The notes below the pieces were generated by a model. The model was not told the DNA's origin, made no database searches, and saw nothing but the letters and a program-made list of their open reading frames with translations. Source: Macrostomum hystrix (taxonomy: Eukaryota > Animalia > Platyhelminthes). Taken from it: a stretch of 64,000 bases of DNA. The position numbers were made by a program, and so were the translations under genes. Every line of letters starts with the position of its first letter. Positions within the stretch are counted from its first letter, which is position 1. Location of the stretch: assembly GCA_950097015.1 (NCBI GenBank), contig CATNEN010000007.1, forward strand, positions 10,912,001-10,976,000, given 5' to 3'. Below, piece by piece: positions 46,761 to 59,786 of the stretch.

Positions 46761-47307
46761 TTGCAGCTTGAAAGGTTATAAATTATCCCAATGTTAACAA
46801 CAGAAAAGAGTATAGCAACATAGTTAATATTTGCACAGTTTAGATCTAGAACAATCAAACAGTAGGATTTCATTCTGCTTTTTTCTAACATGGACATATT
46901 GGGTATGCGCCTGTACTCTGCATGCGGATTCCCACCCTTTGCTACCAATTAATTTATCTATGGTGTATATTTAAAACCCTCTCTTTGTAAAGAAGTTTTT
47001 TTAACTAATTCGATGGACAAACACTTTAACACTCACACTCATGGCTCTGGCTTATTTTATTAGAAGCCACTCTGATAGACGATAATTATATATACAAAGA
47101 CGCATTTTTATAACCTTCTGGTTGTAAAAAAATGCAGTTTCATGAATTATGATCGAAATAAATTATAAATAAAATTAAATTTTGAATTATGCTCTTTTTC
47201 TATATAGAAGTAAGTGCGTCTTCATGAAATTAACTTTCAATTTTGTGTAATAATTAAATATTTTCATTCTCATTTCAGATGCATAATTACATACAATTGC
47301 ATGTACA

Positions 47308-47770
47308 GCAGGGCGAGGAGGGCGAGGCAACAAGAAGGTGGGGAGGGCGAGGCAACAAGAAGGTGGGGAGGGCGAGGCAACAAGAAGGTGGGGAGGGCGA
47401 GGCAACAAGGTGGAAGGGGAGGCAGCTTAAAGGTGGGGAGGGCGAGGTAGCTTAAAGGTGGGACAGCAAGGCAGCTAAAAGGTGGGAGGGCGAGACAGCA
47501 AGGTGGGGAGGGCGAGACATCAAGAAGGTGGGGTGGGTGAGAGAACAAGGTAGAGAGGGCGAGACATCAAGGTAGGGAGGGCGAGACATCAAGGTGGGGA
47601 GGGCAAGACAGCTAAAAGGTGGGGAGGGTGAAGCAGCTAAAAGGTGGGGAGGGCGAGTCAGTTAAAATGTGGGGAGGGTGAGACAGTGGGAAAGGCAAAC
47701 ATAGGGGCTAGGCAAGGTAGGAAGGGTGAGGCAGCAAAATGGGAAAGCAAGGCAGCAAGGTCGGAAAGAT
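47308..47770. repeat. Purine-rich ~25-bp degenerate tandem repeat (GGGCGAGGCAACAAGAAGGTGGGGA)
   Basis: Direct inspection; decays rightwards into AG-rich sequence. Confidence 0.85.
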
Positions 47771-48532
47771 GAGGCAGTAAGAAGCCATAGAATGTAAAGA
47801 TAGTAAATAGGTTTGACAGAATAGTCCAGTAATTAAGGTGGAGAAAGTGAGGCTATTATAGAATCTAGCAGATGGTATAACAATAGGCCTAAGAAGGGTT
47901 AGGAAGGTGGAGGTAATAAGATAATATAGGTAAGGCAATAAGAAGATAAGGATGGCATAGTAGTTTGAAAGTAAATATTTTGCTCTAGCCTAATAATTAG
48001 CTAGGTAGTATAAAAGGCATAGAAGGAGAGATAACAAGAAAGTCAAGAGGGCAAAGCAATAAGAAGGTTATAGGGATTAATATGTTAAAAAGCAAATATA
48101 GCAAAGTAGCAAGAAAAAATAAAAGAAAGGAAATAGGAATCTATAACTTATTAGAGCCAGAGATAAAGTAGCAAGAAAATAGTCACAGATAATATTAAAA
48201 AACAATAGCAAGTTGGAATATAGGCTATGAACTTGGCTAATATAAATTGTGGGCTAGGCAATTAAAATATACTAATAGGCCTAGTAGGGCATTAGGGCCT
48301 ATTATATTATATATTTGTCTAACGTAAAGGCTAAACTTTTAGAAAAATGAGTAGCAAAATGTTCTAAAATACAAAAAATTGGTCCCATCAGCACCAGTCC
48401 AGACTATGCAGATGACTCAGGCCTGGCCAGCACCTTGGCCTGCCTGCTGCCAGCTTGGCCAGTATAAAGCTTGGCTAAATTGTCCTTATTATGAATATGA
48501 CATATGAAGGAAGGCAATGCAATGGTATAAAT

Positions 48533-49153
48533 GAATCCGGTCCATTTTGGCGACAAGTCATTTTGGCGACAACCATTTTGGCGACAAGTCATTTCGGCGA
48601 CGACCACTTCGGCGACAAACATCGAAACCACAGTAATAATGGATCTGATAGTGTTTGCTTATTGAGTATGTAATGTATTTGATTCTTCTACTTGTTAATG
48701 TATTCCTGTTATAGTATTTGTTTTAACATGTAATATAAATAGCGAGTTTGGATCAGTTTGGTCCGCACTCTATGTGCATCAACCTCACCTGTCTTACTTT
48801 ATAAGTATCATCATTTGCGTCACCAATATTTTTGTGAGGGCAAATATTTTGCTGACTCGCTTGCAGCCACATGAATGCCTCTGTGGGACAGTAAGGTCTT
48901 TTACTTTTAATCGAACTTATAGATCTAATCGAGATGCATTAGATGCAACAGTGCATTTGTTGCCAATTTGTTCCGCGCTTCTGCCGATTTGTGGCTTCTT
49001 TTATTTGATTTAAATAAATGTAAAAAATATATAAATAAAATAAATTTGTTCCACGGCTTCAAAAGTATTGTCGCCGAAATGGTTGTCGCCGAAATGATTT
49101 GTCGCCGAAATGGTTGTCGCCAAAATGGTATGTCGCCGAAATGGACTGTTTCC
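48533..49153. mobile_element. Foldback-type non-autonomous DNA transposon with TIRs made of 15-16-bp tandem units
   Basis: Five CATTT[T/C]GGCGACAA units at 48540-48620, mirrored at 49068-49147. TSD GTATAAAT(GAA) at 48525 and 49154. Confidence 0.85.
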
Positions 49154-50436
49154 GTATAAATGAAGTCTTAGGAAATTATATTTATATAGCATATTTTATT
49201 GATTAATGGATATTGATCATATGCATAGTCTAGTCTAGTCTAGATCCTAGCAAAATATAACAACATGGAAGAAAGAGAGGACATCATAGGTCTAACTTAA
49301 GAGGCTCAATAGAATAATGCATAGGTAAGTTTAAGTCAAGACCCTAGGCCTATTAATTGCCACTTGTCATTGTCAGGGCTTGGCCTAGGCTAGGGCTAGG
49401 TCTCATATAGCCTCACAATTTATTCTATTGAGCAATAAATGCCATAGGCTACTAGATATAAATTACAATCAATGAAAACATTGAGTCCACAGCATGATAT
49501 TCATAGCCTAAGCATTGCAATCAGGGCCTATATTATAGGACTATAAAAGACAAGTAGCAATATGTAATATGAATGCACCAAATAATGCCGTGATTTAAAT
49601 TGATACTCTGCTCTGCTGCTTCTACATATCGGTATGTTGCTCGCTTTTCTTGTCTCTGGTTTTAAATTGCGCGCGAATTCCTGCCCAAGGGTTTTCAATA
49701 GAGTTGGCTTTTAATCGGAAGAATGACCTGCCATCGTGGCATTTGGCATGCCATCTGACCGATCTAATCGTAATTAAAAGTGGTAACCTTTTCTCCCGAT
49801 TAAATCGATGCCTTTCGGGTGCAGGGGCGGTGCGTCGAGGCTTTTAGGGAGACCCAACTAAAATTTGGATCAGAAAAGAGGCAATAAGTAAAACAAAATC
49901 CTTTTTGGTCAGTTAAAAAGCAAGCTAGCTTTGGGTTAGATAACTAGAACAATGTTTGAAAAAGTCTGGACGCCATAAAAAAGCAGGCTAGACAATTATT
50001 ATGGAGTGAAATGATACCTTCCAATTACAATAACAACCCCATCCATACATCTGAATCTGATCAATCGTCATTAACATCATGTAATTTGCTTCGCTGATTC
50101 GCTTAAACAAAAAACTCGAATATTTTACTGAAGATTTATAGAGGTCATCGATGAGAGAGCCATATTTATAATATGATATATAAATTTTTCCATCCTTCGC
50201 ATTCTTGATAAGTTAGCAAAATGGAGGATATATCCCCGTATCCCCCCTATAGCTACGCTACTGAGTCCGAGCCATGTGTAAACTTACTGAAAATGGCCAC
50301 TTTAAATGTCTGTTGGAAGTTATTTTCCAACCAAGCTGAAGTCATACATCGATTTTCTTTCATTAAACATTTTTTAATCTTGATCAATTTTCGATGTATG
50401 GCTGACTGGTCAATATAGCTCATCAATTGATCAATA

Positions 50437-50842
50437 TAGCTCTTCCAATTTTTGGTTTCTCTCTTGGGAGTTCAGTTCAGTTTCTCTATGCGTAGTCTAG
50501 CGGTTTTTTGGCAGTCTTGGTGTCTTGAAGGCTATAACTACTCACGACTATCGATCCTCTATACAACGGCTGGTGCTTGCGATCTCTTCTGGATCCTTAC
50601 CTCGCTGATTGGAGATCAGACCAAGAAAGAACACAATTGCACAGTTTATTTTCTAATTGGCTAACCTAATGGAGCTCAAAGACTAGCTTTCTAAGAATCG
50701 CGGCGGTGGCGGGGCTTTCGCGCCCCGCTCTGCTTTATATTTTCATTTCACGCCCCTCCTTTCAGGGGTGGTGCAAAGTTCTTGGCAGCATTACACCAGA
50801 TAGTTTGTGAAGATTGGGGTCCCAGCCCCGAGCCTAGCACAG
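50437..50842. repeat. ~400-bp dispersed repeat, copy 2
   Basis: Reverse complement of 32823-33222 with scattered substitutions and small indels. Confidence 0.85.
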
Positions 50843-51137
50843 CGCCAAACGTAACTATTTAGTTGGTAGGCACACCAACCACTCTCCCCCTTCTCGATCG
50901 GGTCTTCGTACGTGCGGTCCAGGCCTTCTCAAGCCCTCGTCTCCATGCAGGTGTGGTCCAGGCCGGCTCCGCCTCATCTCGTGGTCCTAGGGTTCGATGT
51001 CCACCCCCGATCGATTCTCCTCCTGTCAGTCTTCTCAGCGGGTCGGTTCGGGCCGGTTCTGATGTTGCAGTCGGTCCAAGCCAAGTTTACGCTTTAATTG
51101 ATGTGTGGGCCCTAGGCATATCTTCATCTAACCTCTG

Positions 51138-51241
51138 TTTTCCGGTGTTAGCTGCTTTCCGGTGTTAGCTGCTTTCCGGTGTTAGCTGCTTTCCGGTGTT
51201 AGCTGCTTTCTGGTGTTTGCTGCTTTCCGGTGTTAGCTGCT
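51138..51241. repeat. 17-bp tandem repeat (TTTCCGGTGTTAGCTGC), 6 copies
   Basis: Direct inspection. Confidence 0.9.
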
Positions 51242-52640
51242 CGGCTGTTGCCAAGTTTACACAAAGTTATGCTCCTTTCAGATTTCTAACTCTTATAATC
51301 AAAAGATTTATCGAAAAGCAGTAAAGAAACATTTGTTATACAGAAAGCACGACACTTTAAAAAAGAGCGTTTGCCTATTTGCTTTTTTGCCTTCTCAATT
51401 CTACCAAAACACTCAAGGTCGCAGTTACACTCATGTCATCTTTGTAAAAGCATAAAAGTTATAAAAGTTTAATACATGAGGGTTAACTGCGACCTTCAGG
51501 CATAATTAATTAAGAAACTCCTAGGATTAAACTTGGCATACATGTCCTCCTCTAGCCGAGAAATAACTTCTTCAAAGAAAAAAAGATAACTCAAGGAACA
51601 GCTATATATACGCCTAGAATAGGAAAGATAATCCATGAAAGCGCCAAGGACTGATTAGTTGTAACAAACGTTTTGGCTGATTACCCAATCGGCCAGAGGG
51701 TAACAAGAGACTATAGTCTAGACAGTACGCTGTGAATCTGGCTGGAACATGTACAGAGCAGAGCCCCCCTCCCTCCCGCCAACTCCCTCATTTTATTCAG
51801 CCAATGGGAGACTTCTGCGTCACTCCCTGTCAGTTACGCCAGTGGCCATCCACATGCTCTCTCCGTGTTGCGTGCATTGCAGGAGCTATTGACAAGCACT
51901 GCAAATTAGTTCCGATAGCACGCCTTGCTGAGCAAGTGTTGAGCCGATTCGCCAAAAACGAGTATATGAGGCTGTTTCTTGGATTTAATCCAATTTTATG
52001 CCCATTTGCAGCTCAAGAGTAAATATTTTTGTTTTCTAAGCTCTTAGATGTGAAGCAATGATCGCGTTTCAATTTCTTAGCTTCATATATTCCGAAGCAT
52101 CGAGACTCGTCCAGGTGCTGACACCGACTTTGATGGGCCGGTGGATTGCTTTCACAAACTGAAGCTTTGCACGTGCAATTCTTAGAGATTCTCTCATCCC
52201 AGATCCAGAAGGCAGCGTTCTCGTGCCTATTTGGCTTCTTCAATTCTGGCACTTTTTAAGTTTGTTGAAATATATTCTGGCACCTCTGCAGTTCTGCTTA
52301 CTTGCCTGTTACAAACATGAGTCAACAATAGTCTGTCTACTTTCAGTAGGCGAAAACGGTTGTCTAGTTGAACTGCGCGTCCTTTTAAAAATGGCAAACT
52401 CAGAGAACATTTACTACCGATTGCAGTCAGGGATCCATATGCTCCGCTCCTTTCACAATGCCCTATCATGCAGTCCCCATTGGGTCTGCGGTGCACTATA
52501 TCACCCTAACCCTGTCTGCCAATCCCGCATCGCCCTAGGAAGGCCCTGATTGGCTTGACTGAGGAGACTAATATAGGCTGTTTACTCTCGGACTCCACAG
52601 GCAGCCAGTCGGTCCTCCCGTGACTGCGGGCCGCCCCAGA

Positions 52641-55600
52641 ATGCCAGACGGGGATGCCAACGGCAGCACCATCGAAGAGGACAGCGGCGAAGGCGGAGCA
52701 AGCAGCGCCTTCGAGCGGCTGTCCAGGGAGCTGCAGACCAGCGCCGCAGTGCAGAAGGAGGTGGCGCTAGGCCAGCGGGTCGGTTTCTACAAGCTGCACG
52801 GCCTGCTGGGCACCGGCAACTTCTCGCAGGTCAAGCTGGGCACGCACGAGCTCATCAAAGGTGAATTGAAGGCCTCTCCAACTGTGACTCTGGCGCACTT
52901 CTGTCGCAATGAAGCCATGCAGTCAGTTGCAATTGTTTAATTAGTTCCCCTTACCTCAGGTCTCAGCTCTCGGGATCTTAAGGCTCAGAAAATCACAGTG
53001 GGTCACAAGCTATGCATGATCCACACTGTGCTACAGTAGAGTGAGTCTGTTCTCAGTCCAGGTGAAATTTGAGCTGCTATACATGCGAGCATGGCATAAT
53101 TGGCCAGTTTGGCTTGTGACGGCAGTTTGCCGGTAGGGCTGTTGGCTCAGAATACTACTCAAACTCGCTGCAGGCGCATAGTAGGCTCAGGCATGAGGAT
53201 TGCCTCCACCCGCCTCCATTTACAATAACTGCTCGCGTGAAGATCGCCCGGTCCTGTCAGATCCGATTCTTGCATTCTTGTGACATGGCATGTCAGATTC
53301 GATTCTTGTGACATGGCATGTCAGATCAGATTCTTATAACATGGCATGTCAGATCCGATTCTTGCATTCTTGTGACATGGCATGTCAGATCCGATTCTTG
53401 CATTCTTGTGACATGGCATGTCAGATCCGATTCTTGCATTCTTGTGACATGGCATGTCAGATTCGATTCTTGTGACATGGCATGTCAGATCAGGTTCTTG
53501 TGACATGGCATGTCAGATCAGGTTCTTGTTCCGCCGCCAACTAAATCTGCTCTGGCAGGGATTTAACAATTGATGTCAGCCCAGAATGCGTCTTGGGAAC
53601 AATTGGTGAAGCAAGTCTTTATCTCGCTGGCGCCATTGTTCTTTCCCTGACAATGGGAATCAAGGCAGTGTCCAGCAGTCCGGGCTGTGCATAACAACAG
53701 ATTCGAGACGGAAAAATATTCTGCCCTTTAGGATGAGCAGGGATAAAACAGCAAGGGAAGCCTGAGATATGAAAATGAAATCATAAATTTTTATGCGGGG
53801 AGAGCAGTGTGAGGCAGGGAGAGCAGTGTGAGGCAGGGAGAGCAGTGTGAGGCAGGGAGAGCAGTGTGAGGCAGGGAGAGCAGTGTGAGGCAGGGAGAGC
53901 AGTGTGAGGCAGGGAGAGCAGAAGGATTCAGGGAGAGCAGAAGGATTCAGGGAGAGCAGAAGGATTCAGGAAGAGCAGGATGCAGGAAGAGCAGAAGGAT
54001 TCAGGGAGAGCAGAAGGATTCAGGGAGAGCAGAAGGATTCAGGAAGAGCAGGATGCAGGAAGAGCAGAAGGATTCAGGGAGAGCAGAAGGATTCAGGGAG
54101 AGCAGAAGGATGCAGGGAGAGCAGAAGGATTCAGGGAGAGCAGAAGGATGCAGGGAGAGCAGAAGGATTCAGGGAGAGCAGAAGGATTCAGGGAGAGCAG
54201 AAGGATTCAGGGAGAGCAGAAGGATTCGGGGAGAGCAGAAGGATTCAAGGAGAAGAGGATACAGGGAGAGCAGAAGGATTCGGGGAGAGCAGAAGGATTC
54301 GGGGAGAGCAGAAGGATTCAGGGAGAGCAGAAGGATTCAGGGAGAGCAGAAGGATTCAGGGAGAGCAGAAGGATTCAGGGAGAGCAGAAGGATTCAGGGA
54401 GAGCAGAAGGATTCGGGGAGAGCAGAAGGATTCAAGGAGAAGAGGATACAGGGAGAGCAGAAGGATTCAGGGAGAGCAGAAGGATTCGGGGAGAGCAGAA
54501 GGATTTACATACTTATTTGCGGGGGGCCTGGGGCACATGACGCACAAGCGCAAAAACGGCATGCCCCCAGGCCGGCGAACTAGGCGGGAGTCGCCCATCG
54601 CGCCATCTGGACCCCGGACTCAGGCACCCTCACACACAGCAGCAAGCCAAGCAGGGAAGGGGGCGGCAGCCGGAGGGCCTCTCACCCCAAGACGCACACA
54701 CACAGAGCAAGCCAAATTAAACCAGGGGAGGACTTAGATGCCTGAAGGGTAGGGACGAGAGTACACATTGGTGCACACCCGCCCCACCCCAATACAACGC
54801 CTCACACCCGGCCCAGCGCACAAACACGAACACAAACAAGCAGGCATGCAGAAGGCAGGGGTTAAGCTATTTTAAATTAGCTTTGGTTGCACAGAATAAG
54901 GTGCATCTCCGCAAGTCACTACTTCGCATACCTCCAACTAAGCCCCGAAATAATCGTGACTTGGAGGGAGGAACGAACCAGCGACCATTGGAAAGTGAGG
55001 CAGCGACACTAGCCGCTGACCCACTCACCCCCTCAGAGCAGAAGGATGCAGGGAGAGCAGAAGGATGCAGGGAGAGCAGAAGGATGCAGGGAGAGCAGAA
55101 GGATGCAGGGAGAGCAGAAGGATGCAGGGAGAGCAGAAGGATGCAGGGAGAGCAGAAGGATGCAAGGAGAGCAGAAGGATGCAGGGAGAGCAGAAGGATG
55201 CAGGGAGAGCAGAAGGATGCAGGGAGAGCAGAAGGATGCAGGGAGAGCAGAAGTATGCAGGGAGAGCAGAAAGAGGCAGGGAGAGCAGAAAGAGGCAGGA
55301 GTGCAGAAAGATGCAGGAGTGCAGAAGGATGCAGGAAGGCTGCAAGGTTCTAATAAAATTAATTAAGGTCATTTTCGAGTTCACCCGGTGCTTGTTCGCT
55401 CGAGAGCAGAGCTCGGGCTCACACCTTGCACCGAGCAGCACAAAACAACCCGCAGCAGAAGCGGCCTCCATAGCTGAGCTGGCTCCTCCCACGCACTGCG
55501 TACCCGGCTCCGCACCCGCAGCTGCAAGAAGGGCCGGCATATTGGGGGTGGGGCCTCGCTAATCCTGCTGGACTGCCCGCCTGTATGTCGCAGATTTTCT

Positions 55601-58600
55601 GCCAGCTCTCGCCTTCTGCCCGCCATATTGAATACAGAATACAGAACTCACCAACAAGCCAGTGCCCCTGAGCTTGCCTCCCCGGCTGTGCTCAAGTACT
55701 TGTCTCCTCCCCTTCCAGCTTAAGTGTCTCAGCGATCTGCCTTGGCGAAAGGTAAAGCGGGAAGGCAGCTGGGGACAGATGGGGGACAATTGCGTGGAGA
55801 CTGGTTAGCCGGTGCCCTGAAAAGAGATCAGGGGGACATCAGGAGGAGGAGAGAAGATTAGAGGTGAGGATAAGGGAGAGGAGGAGATATGGGAAATGCA
55901 GCAAACGGCACGCACAGTTAATACGGCGGGCAAACTCATCAATAAGAAAAGGCAGGAAACAAGATTTGAGAACATGATGGGTCGGCAGGATAATCAGGAT
56001 AAGCAGGTGATGCTGCTTGACATTCAAAGTCTTCTGTAGCATTAATTTAATTTATAATAATTGATTACACCTGCCCCAATAGGGTTAGATGTTAAGCCGA
56101 CAGCACAGCCGCAGCTATTGCGCGGCGCATCTGAAGGCTGCGTACAGCTGTTCAGTCCATGACTGGGGGGACGCAACACCCACCTTCAATTATCCCAGCT
56201 GATGCTGGTACCCATTTAACAGAAAAAGGCACACAGTGGAGTCGGGAATCGAACCCCCGACCTTCAAGTCGTGAGTCCGACGCCCTAACCACTAGGCTAC
56301 AACCTCTGTAGCACGAACAGTTTCTGGAATCTCAATGGCATTCCTTGCAGAACAGATTATCAGCAGGCATCGCTGGGGGCTGGTTGCCAGGGTATCCACT
56401 TACCTGCTGCCAGCATGCGGGCCGCGTGGCCTGAGGAAACTCAATGAGACACTGTGAGCTAGTGATGGGCGGTGTGAAAACTGGAGAGCCTGAGGAATAG
56501 AAACTGCAGGGCTGCTGGAACTGGGCTGGAGAAGGCAGGGAAGGAGAGGGACCGAGGGTGACAATGCATGCAGAGAAAGTTGGCGGATTGGGGGAGAGCT
56601 TGAAGCACTGCTGACAGACTAGAGGAACGAATGTGTTCGAATGACTGCTTTCCGTAAAGGGAAAATAGACAGATGGAGAGATACGCAGAGAGTGGCAGAG
56701 ACATGGAGAGAGTGACAGAGACATGGAGAGAGTGGCAGAGACATGGAGAGAGTGGCAGAGACATGGAGAGAGTGCCAGAGCGGCGATAGTCCGTGGCCCG
56801 CAGCAGACAGGCCGTGTGCCGGGTGTGACAAGCAGTGCCACAGTATTCCTTACAGAATCTCCCAGCCAAAAAGTCCCCCCCAGTCCTCTTAGATTTGTCA
56901 CTGCCAAAACTCTACAGCTGCAGGCGCGAAGACGCAGAGGTGGAGCCTGCTGGCCTCACCTGGTAGAAACTGCGGGGCTTGCAGGGAGAGAGGTGGGGGC
57001 GCAACTAAGAGAAGATCCTCAATTTTCCCCAAGCAGTACTCTCTTTTGCGGCCTTCTGCAGCTGGCAACCGTCCCAGAAACTGGGCTAGGTCCTCACCGG
57101 CTGAGCACATGGCTGCTCAAATATTCATGCGCAGCGGGACCCGATGCTTTGAGTCTGGCAGGCTGCGCTGACCAGATGGAGCGGGGACCCATTGTCCTAT
57201 GGGATTTTTATAGCCTTCTTCCATTCCTTCCCGTGTTTTCTGCTGGTTCACTATCACATGGATTCCAGCGTAGCTTAGGAATGAAATCCCACAATTAGAT
57301 GAAGATCCACATCATCCTGACTGAGATCCCACAGTCTGGAAGGGTATCCAGCATTACTAAAATCCCAAAATCTGGAAGGGATTCAGTATTCTTGAGATCC
57401 CAGACGGACCCGTCGACCCGCAGAAAAAGTGGCCGTGAAAATCCTCGACAAGACGAAGCTAGACGCCAAGACGCAGCGCCTGCTGTCTCGCGAGGTGACC
57501 GTGATGGAGCGGCTGCAGCACCCCAGCATCATCAGCCTGTTCGAGGTGATCGAGAGTGTGGCCAAGCTGCACCTGGTGATGGAGTTCGCGCCGGGCGGGG
57601 AGCTGTTCACCCGCATCAGGCGGGAGGGCCGCATGTCAGAGGGCCTGGCCAGGCACATCTTTACCCAGGTGGCCGGGGCAGTGGCGCACATGGTGAGAAC
57701 TATGTATATGGGTGTTGCGGAGAGAGTGTGGGTGTTGTGGAGAGAGTATGGGTGTTGTGGAGAGAGTATGGGTGTTGCGGAGAGAGTATGGGTGTTGTGG
57801 AGAGAGTATGGGTGTTGTGGAGAGAGTGTGGGTGTTGTGGAGAGAGTATGGGTGTTGTGGAGAGAGTATGGGTGTTGCGGAGAGAGTATGGGTGTTGCGG
57901 AGAGAGTATGGGTGTTGCGGAGAGAGTATGGGTGTTGTGGAGAGAGTATGGGTGTTGTGGAGAGAGTATGGGTGTTGCGGAGAGAGTATGGGTGTTGTGG
58001 AGAGAGTATGGGTGTTGCGGAGAGAGTATGGGTGTTGCGGAGAGAGTATGGGTGTTGTGGAGAGAGAGGAGATGGGATGGGTTACGGAGTAAGGAAACCT
58101 CAGGATATTTCTCATTAAGGAGAAGCCATTGTGTAGCGATGCAGGTGAGGAAGGATATTTCAGGGCTAGCCTGAGATCAGACAACTCGCCAATGCTTCCC
58201 CAATCAAGTCAATCAGATTATGCTTTCATTTCCTGAAACGTCTGTCTGCTCCTGTAATCTTGGTGGGATTATTGGAGGATCTCAGGCAGGATTCGGGTGT
58301 GGAGATGAGAGACAATCTGCAAAAAAGCTCAGCAACCAAGGCCTCGGCCGCCCCTACCGCAGCACTCTCGCAATGTGGTGCACCGGGACCTGAAGGCGGA
58401 GAACGTGTTTTTCGCCGGGCCGCGTCGAGTCAAGATCGGGGACTTCGGCTTCAGCACGCTGGCAAAGCCGGGGCAGGAGCTGCACACCTTCTGCGGCTCG
58501 CCGCCCTACGCAGCCCCGGAGCTGTTCCGCCGGGAGGCCGCCTCCACCTACCTCGGCCAACCAGTGGACATCTGGGCGCTGGGCGTCCTGCTGTTCTTCA

Positions 58601-59127
58601 TGCTGGCCGGGGCCCTGCCGTTCCGAGCGGCCACGCTGAGCCGGCTGCGCCAGCTGGTGCTGGACGGCGACTTCAGCCTACCGACCTTCGTCTCTCAGCC
58701 GGCGCGCGATCTTGTGACCGCACTGCTGCAGCCGGACCCGGACAGTCGGCCGGCGGCGGCTGAACTGGCCAGGTCCGGGTGGCTGCTGGCCGGCAGGGCA
58801 GCGGAACGGCCGCCAGAGCAGCAGGAGGAGCTCTGGGAGGAGCGTCGGGAAGAACGGCGGAGACGGCGGCGCGAGGCGGCGGCCCGCATGCGGCTGGGCC
58901 AGCTGGGTATCGATGAGCGGAGCCTGGACGAGGCGGCGGGCTCCGTCCGCTCACCCATCGGCGGTGCCTTCCGGATTGCCGCGCACCGCGGCTGCGACAA
59001 AGACTCCGACAAGCACAAGGACAAAGAAGAGGACGAAGAAGGGAACTTCGACGATGGCGACGAGAGACGCAGACGAAGGCGGAGGTCCGCTGACAATGGG
59101 AGCAGCAAGGCCTGCGCCCTGCTCTGA
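52641..59127 (+). CDS. NIM1K: NIM1 serine/threonine kinase (AMPK-related), 3 coding exons, C-terminal CaaX
   Basis: Exons 52641-52860 (LGQRVGFYKL..GTGNFSQVKLGTH), 57424-57692 (KVAVKILDKTKLDAKTQRLLSRE) and 58363-59127 (HRDLKAEN, DFGFST, TFCGSPPYAAPE, ends CALL). Confidence 0.93.
53254..53528. repeat. 24-32-bp tandem repeat with palindromic core TGACATG-G-CATGTCA
   Basis: ~9 units in NIM1K intron 1. Confidence 0.9.
53797..55340. repeat. 19-bp purine-rich minisatellite family (CAGGGAGAGCAG + TGTGAGG / AAGGATT / AAGGATG), interrupted at 54506-55035
   Basis: Three successive unit variants; accounts for the QGEQKDSGRAEG ORFs. Confidence 0.93.
54506..55035 (-). mobile_element. Probable tRNA-derived SINE (second family) inserted in the minisatellite
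   Basis: Minus-strand head TGGGTCAGCGG (A-box-like)...GCTGCCTCAC...GGTTCGTTCC (B-box-like), A-rich 3' end, flanked on both sides by GAGCAGAAGGAT (which is also the repeat unit). Confidence 0.5.
56042..56304 (-). mobile_element. tRNA-derived SINE
   Basis: A box TAGCCTAGTGG, B box GGTTCGATTCC, core motif TAAATGGGTACC, AT-rich tail. 9-bp TSD TCTGTAGCA at 56033-56041 and 56305-56313. Confidence 0.85.
56686..56780. repeat. 20-bp tandem repeat (AGAGAGTGGCAGAGACATGG), ~4.5 copies
   Basis: Direct inspection. Confidence 0.85.
57706..58068. repeat. 20-bp minisatellite (AGAGAGTATGGGTGTTG[T/C]GG), ~18 copies, NIM1K intron 2
   Basis: Direct inspection. Confidence 0.95.
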
Positions 59128-59786
59128 GGTTGCTCGCACCCCCAGGCTTTCCTCAGATATGAGCAGATGCGCCTTTTGTAAAAGTACATGCACAGGTGCA
59201 CTTATTCTACTGTCAGTAGGCAGTTCACAGAGGTAGTAGTCGAATTTTTTGCTTTTTTCAACAGACTTAGCTACTCCTGACCAGGGCCAGTTCCTCATAT
59301 GTGCACTGGACTGGTTTCCAAACTATAGTCAAAGATGAATTTGACAATCTTGACAATCTTTAACGGCTTCAATGAGGGTCGGTTTTTCAAGGACACTAGA
59401 AGAAATTGTACGTCATGTACTGCGAATGCATGTGATCGAACTGTTGCTAAGCCGGTGATATGCACATTGCAACAGAAAGCAAGGTTTGGTCTTTAGGTAC
59501 TCTTATAAAATAAACAGGCACATGAAAGCATTAAACAGTAAATCGTGTAATTTTATAAACAGAGAAACGGCTGTGATTTGAAATCGGCCTCACTTGAATG
59601 GTTTATTATTTCTTTAAAAAAATAGACTGCTCAACAATTTGTGAATGCAATTTGACTGACAGAACTTACAGCTTGGGCGGCTGCAGAATGCATGATATCT
59701 GGGAAACATTGTGCCTTTCGGGATCAGCTGACATCTCGTGATCACTAATGGCTTGGGAGTCAACTGGCGCTCTAGTATCGGTTGTC

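Noticed and set aside
56236-56304. Functional tRNA gene (CAC loop)
   Set aside because: No proper acceptor stem; followed by a SINE body and tail, bounded by a TSD, with a second degenerate copy in the window.
53885-58184. Repetitive ORFs in NIM1K introns
   Set aside because: Minisatellite translations lying inside GT-AG introns of a well-supported kinase gene.
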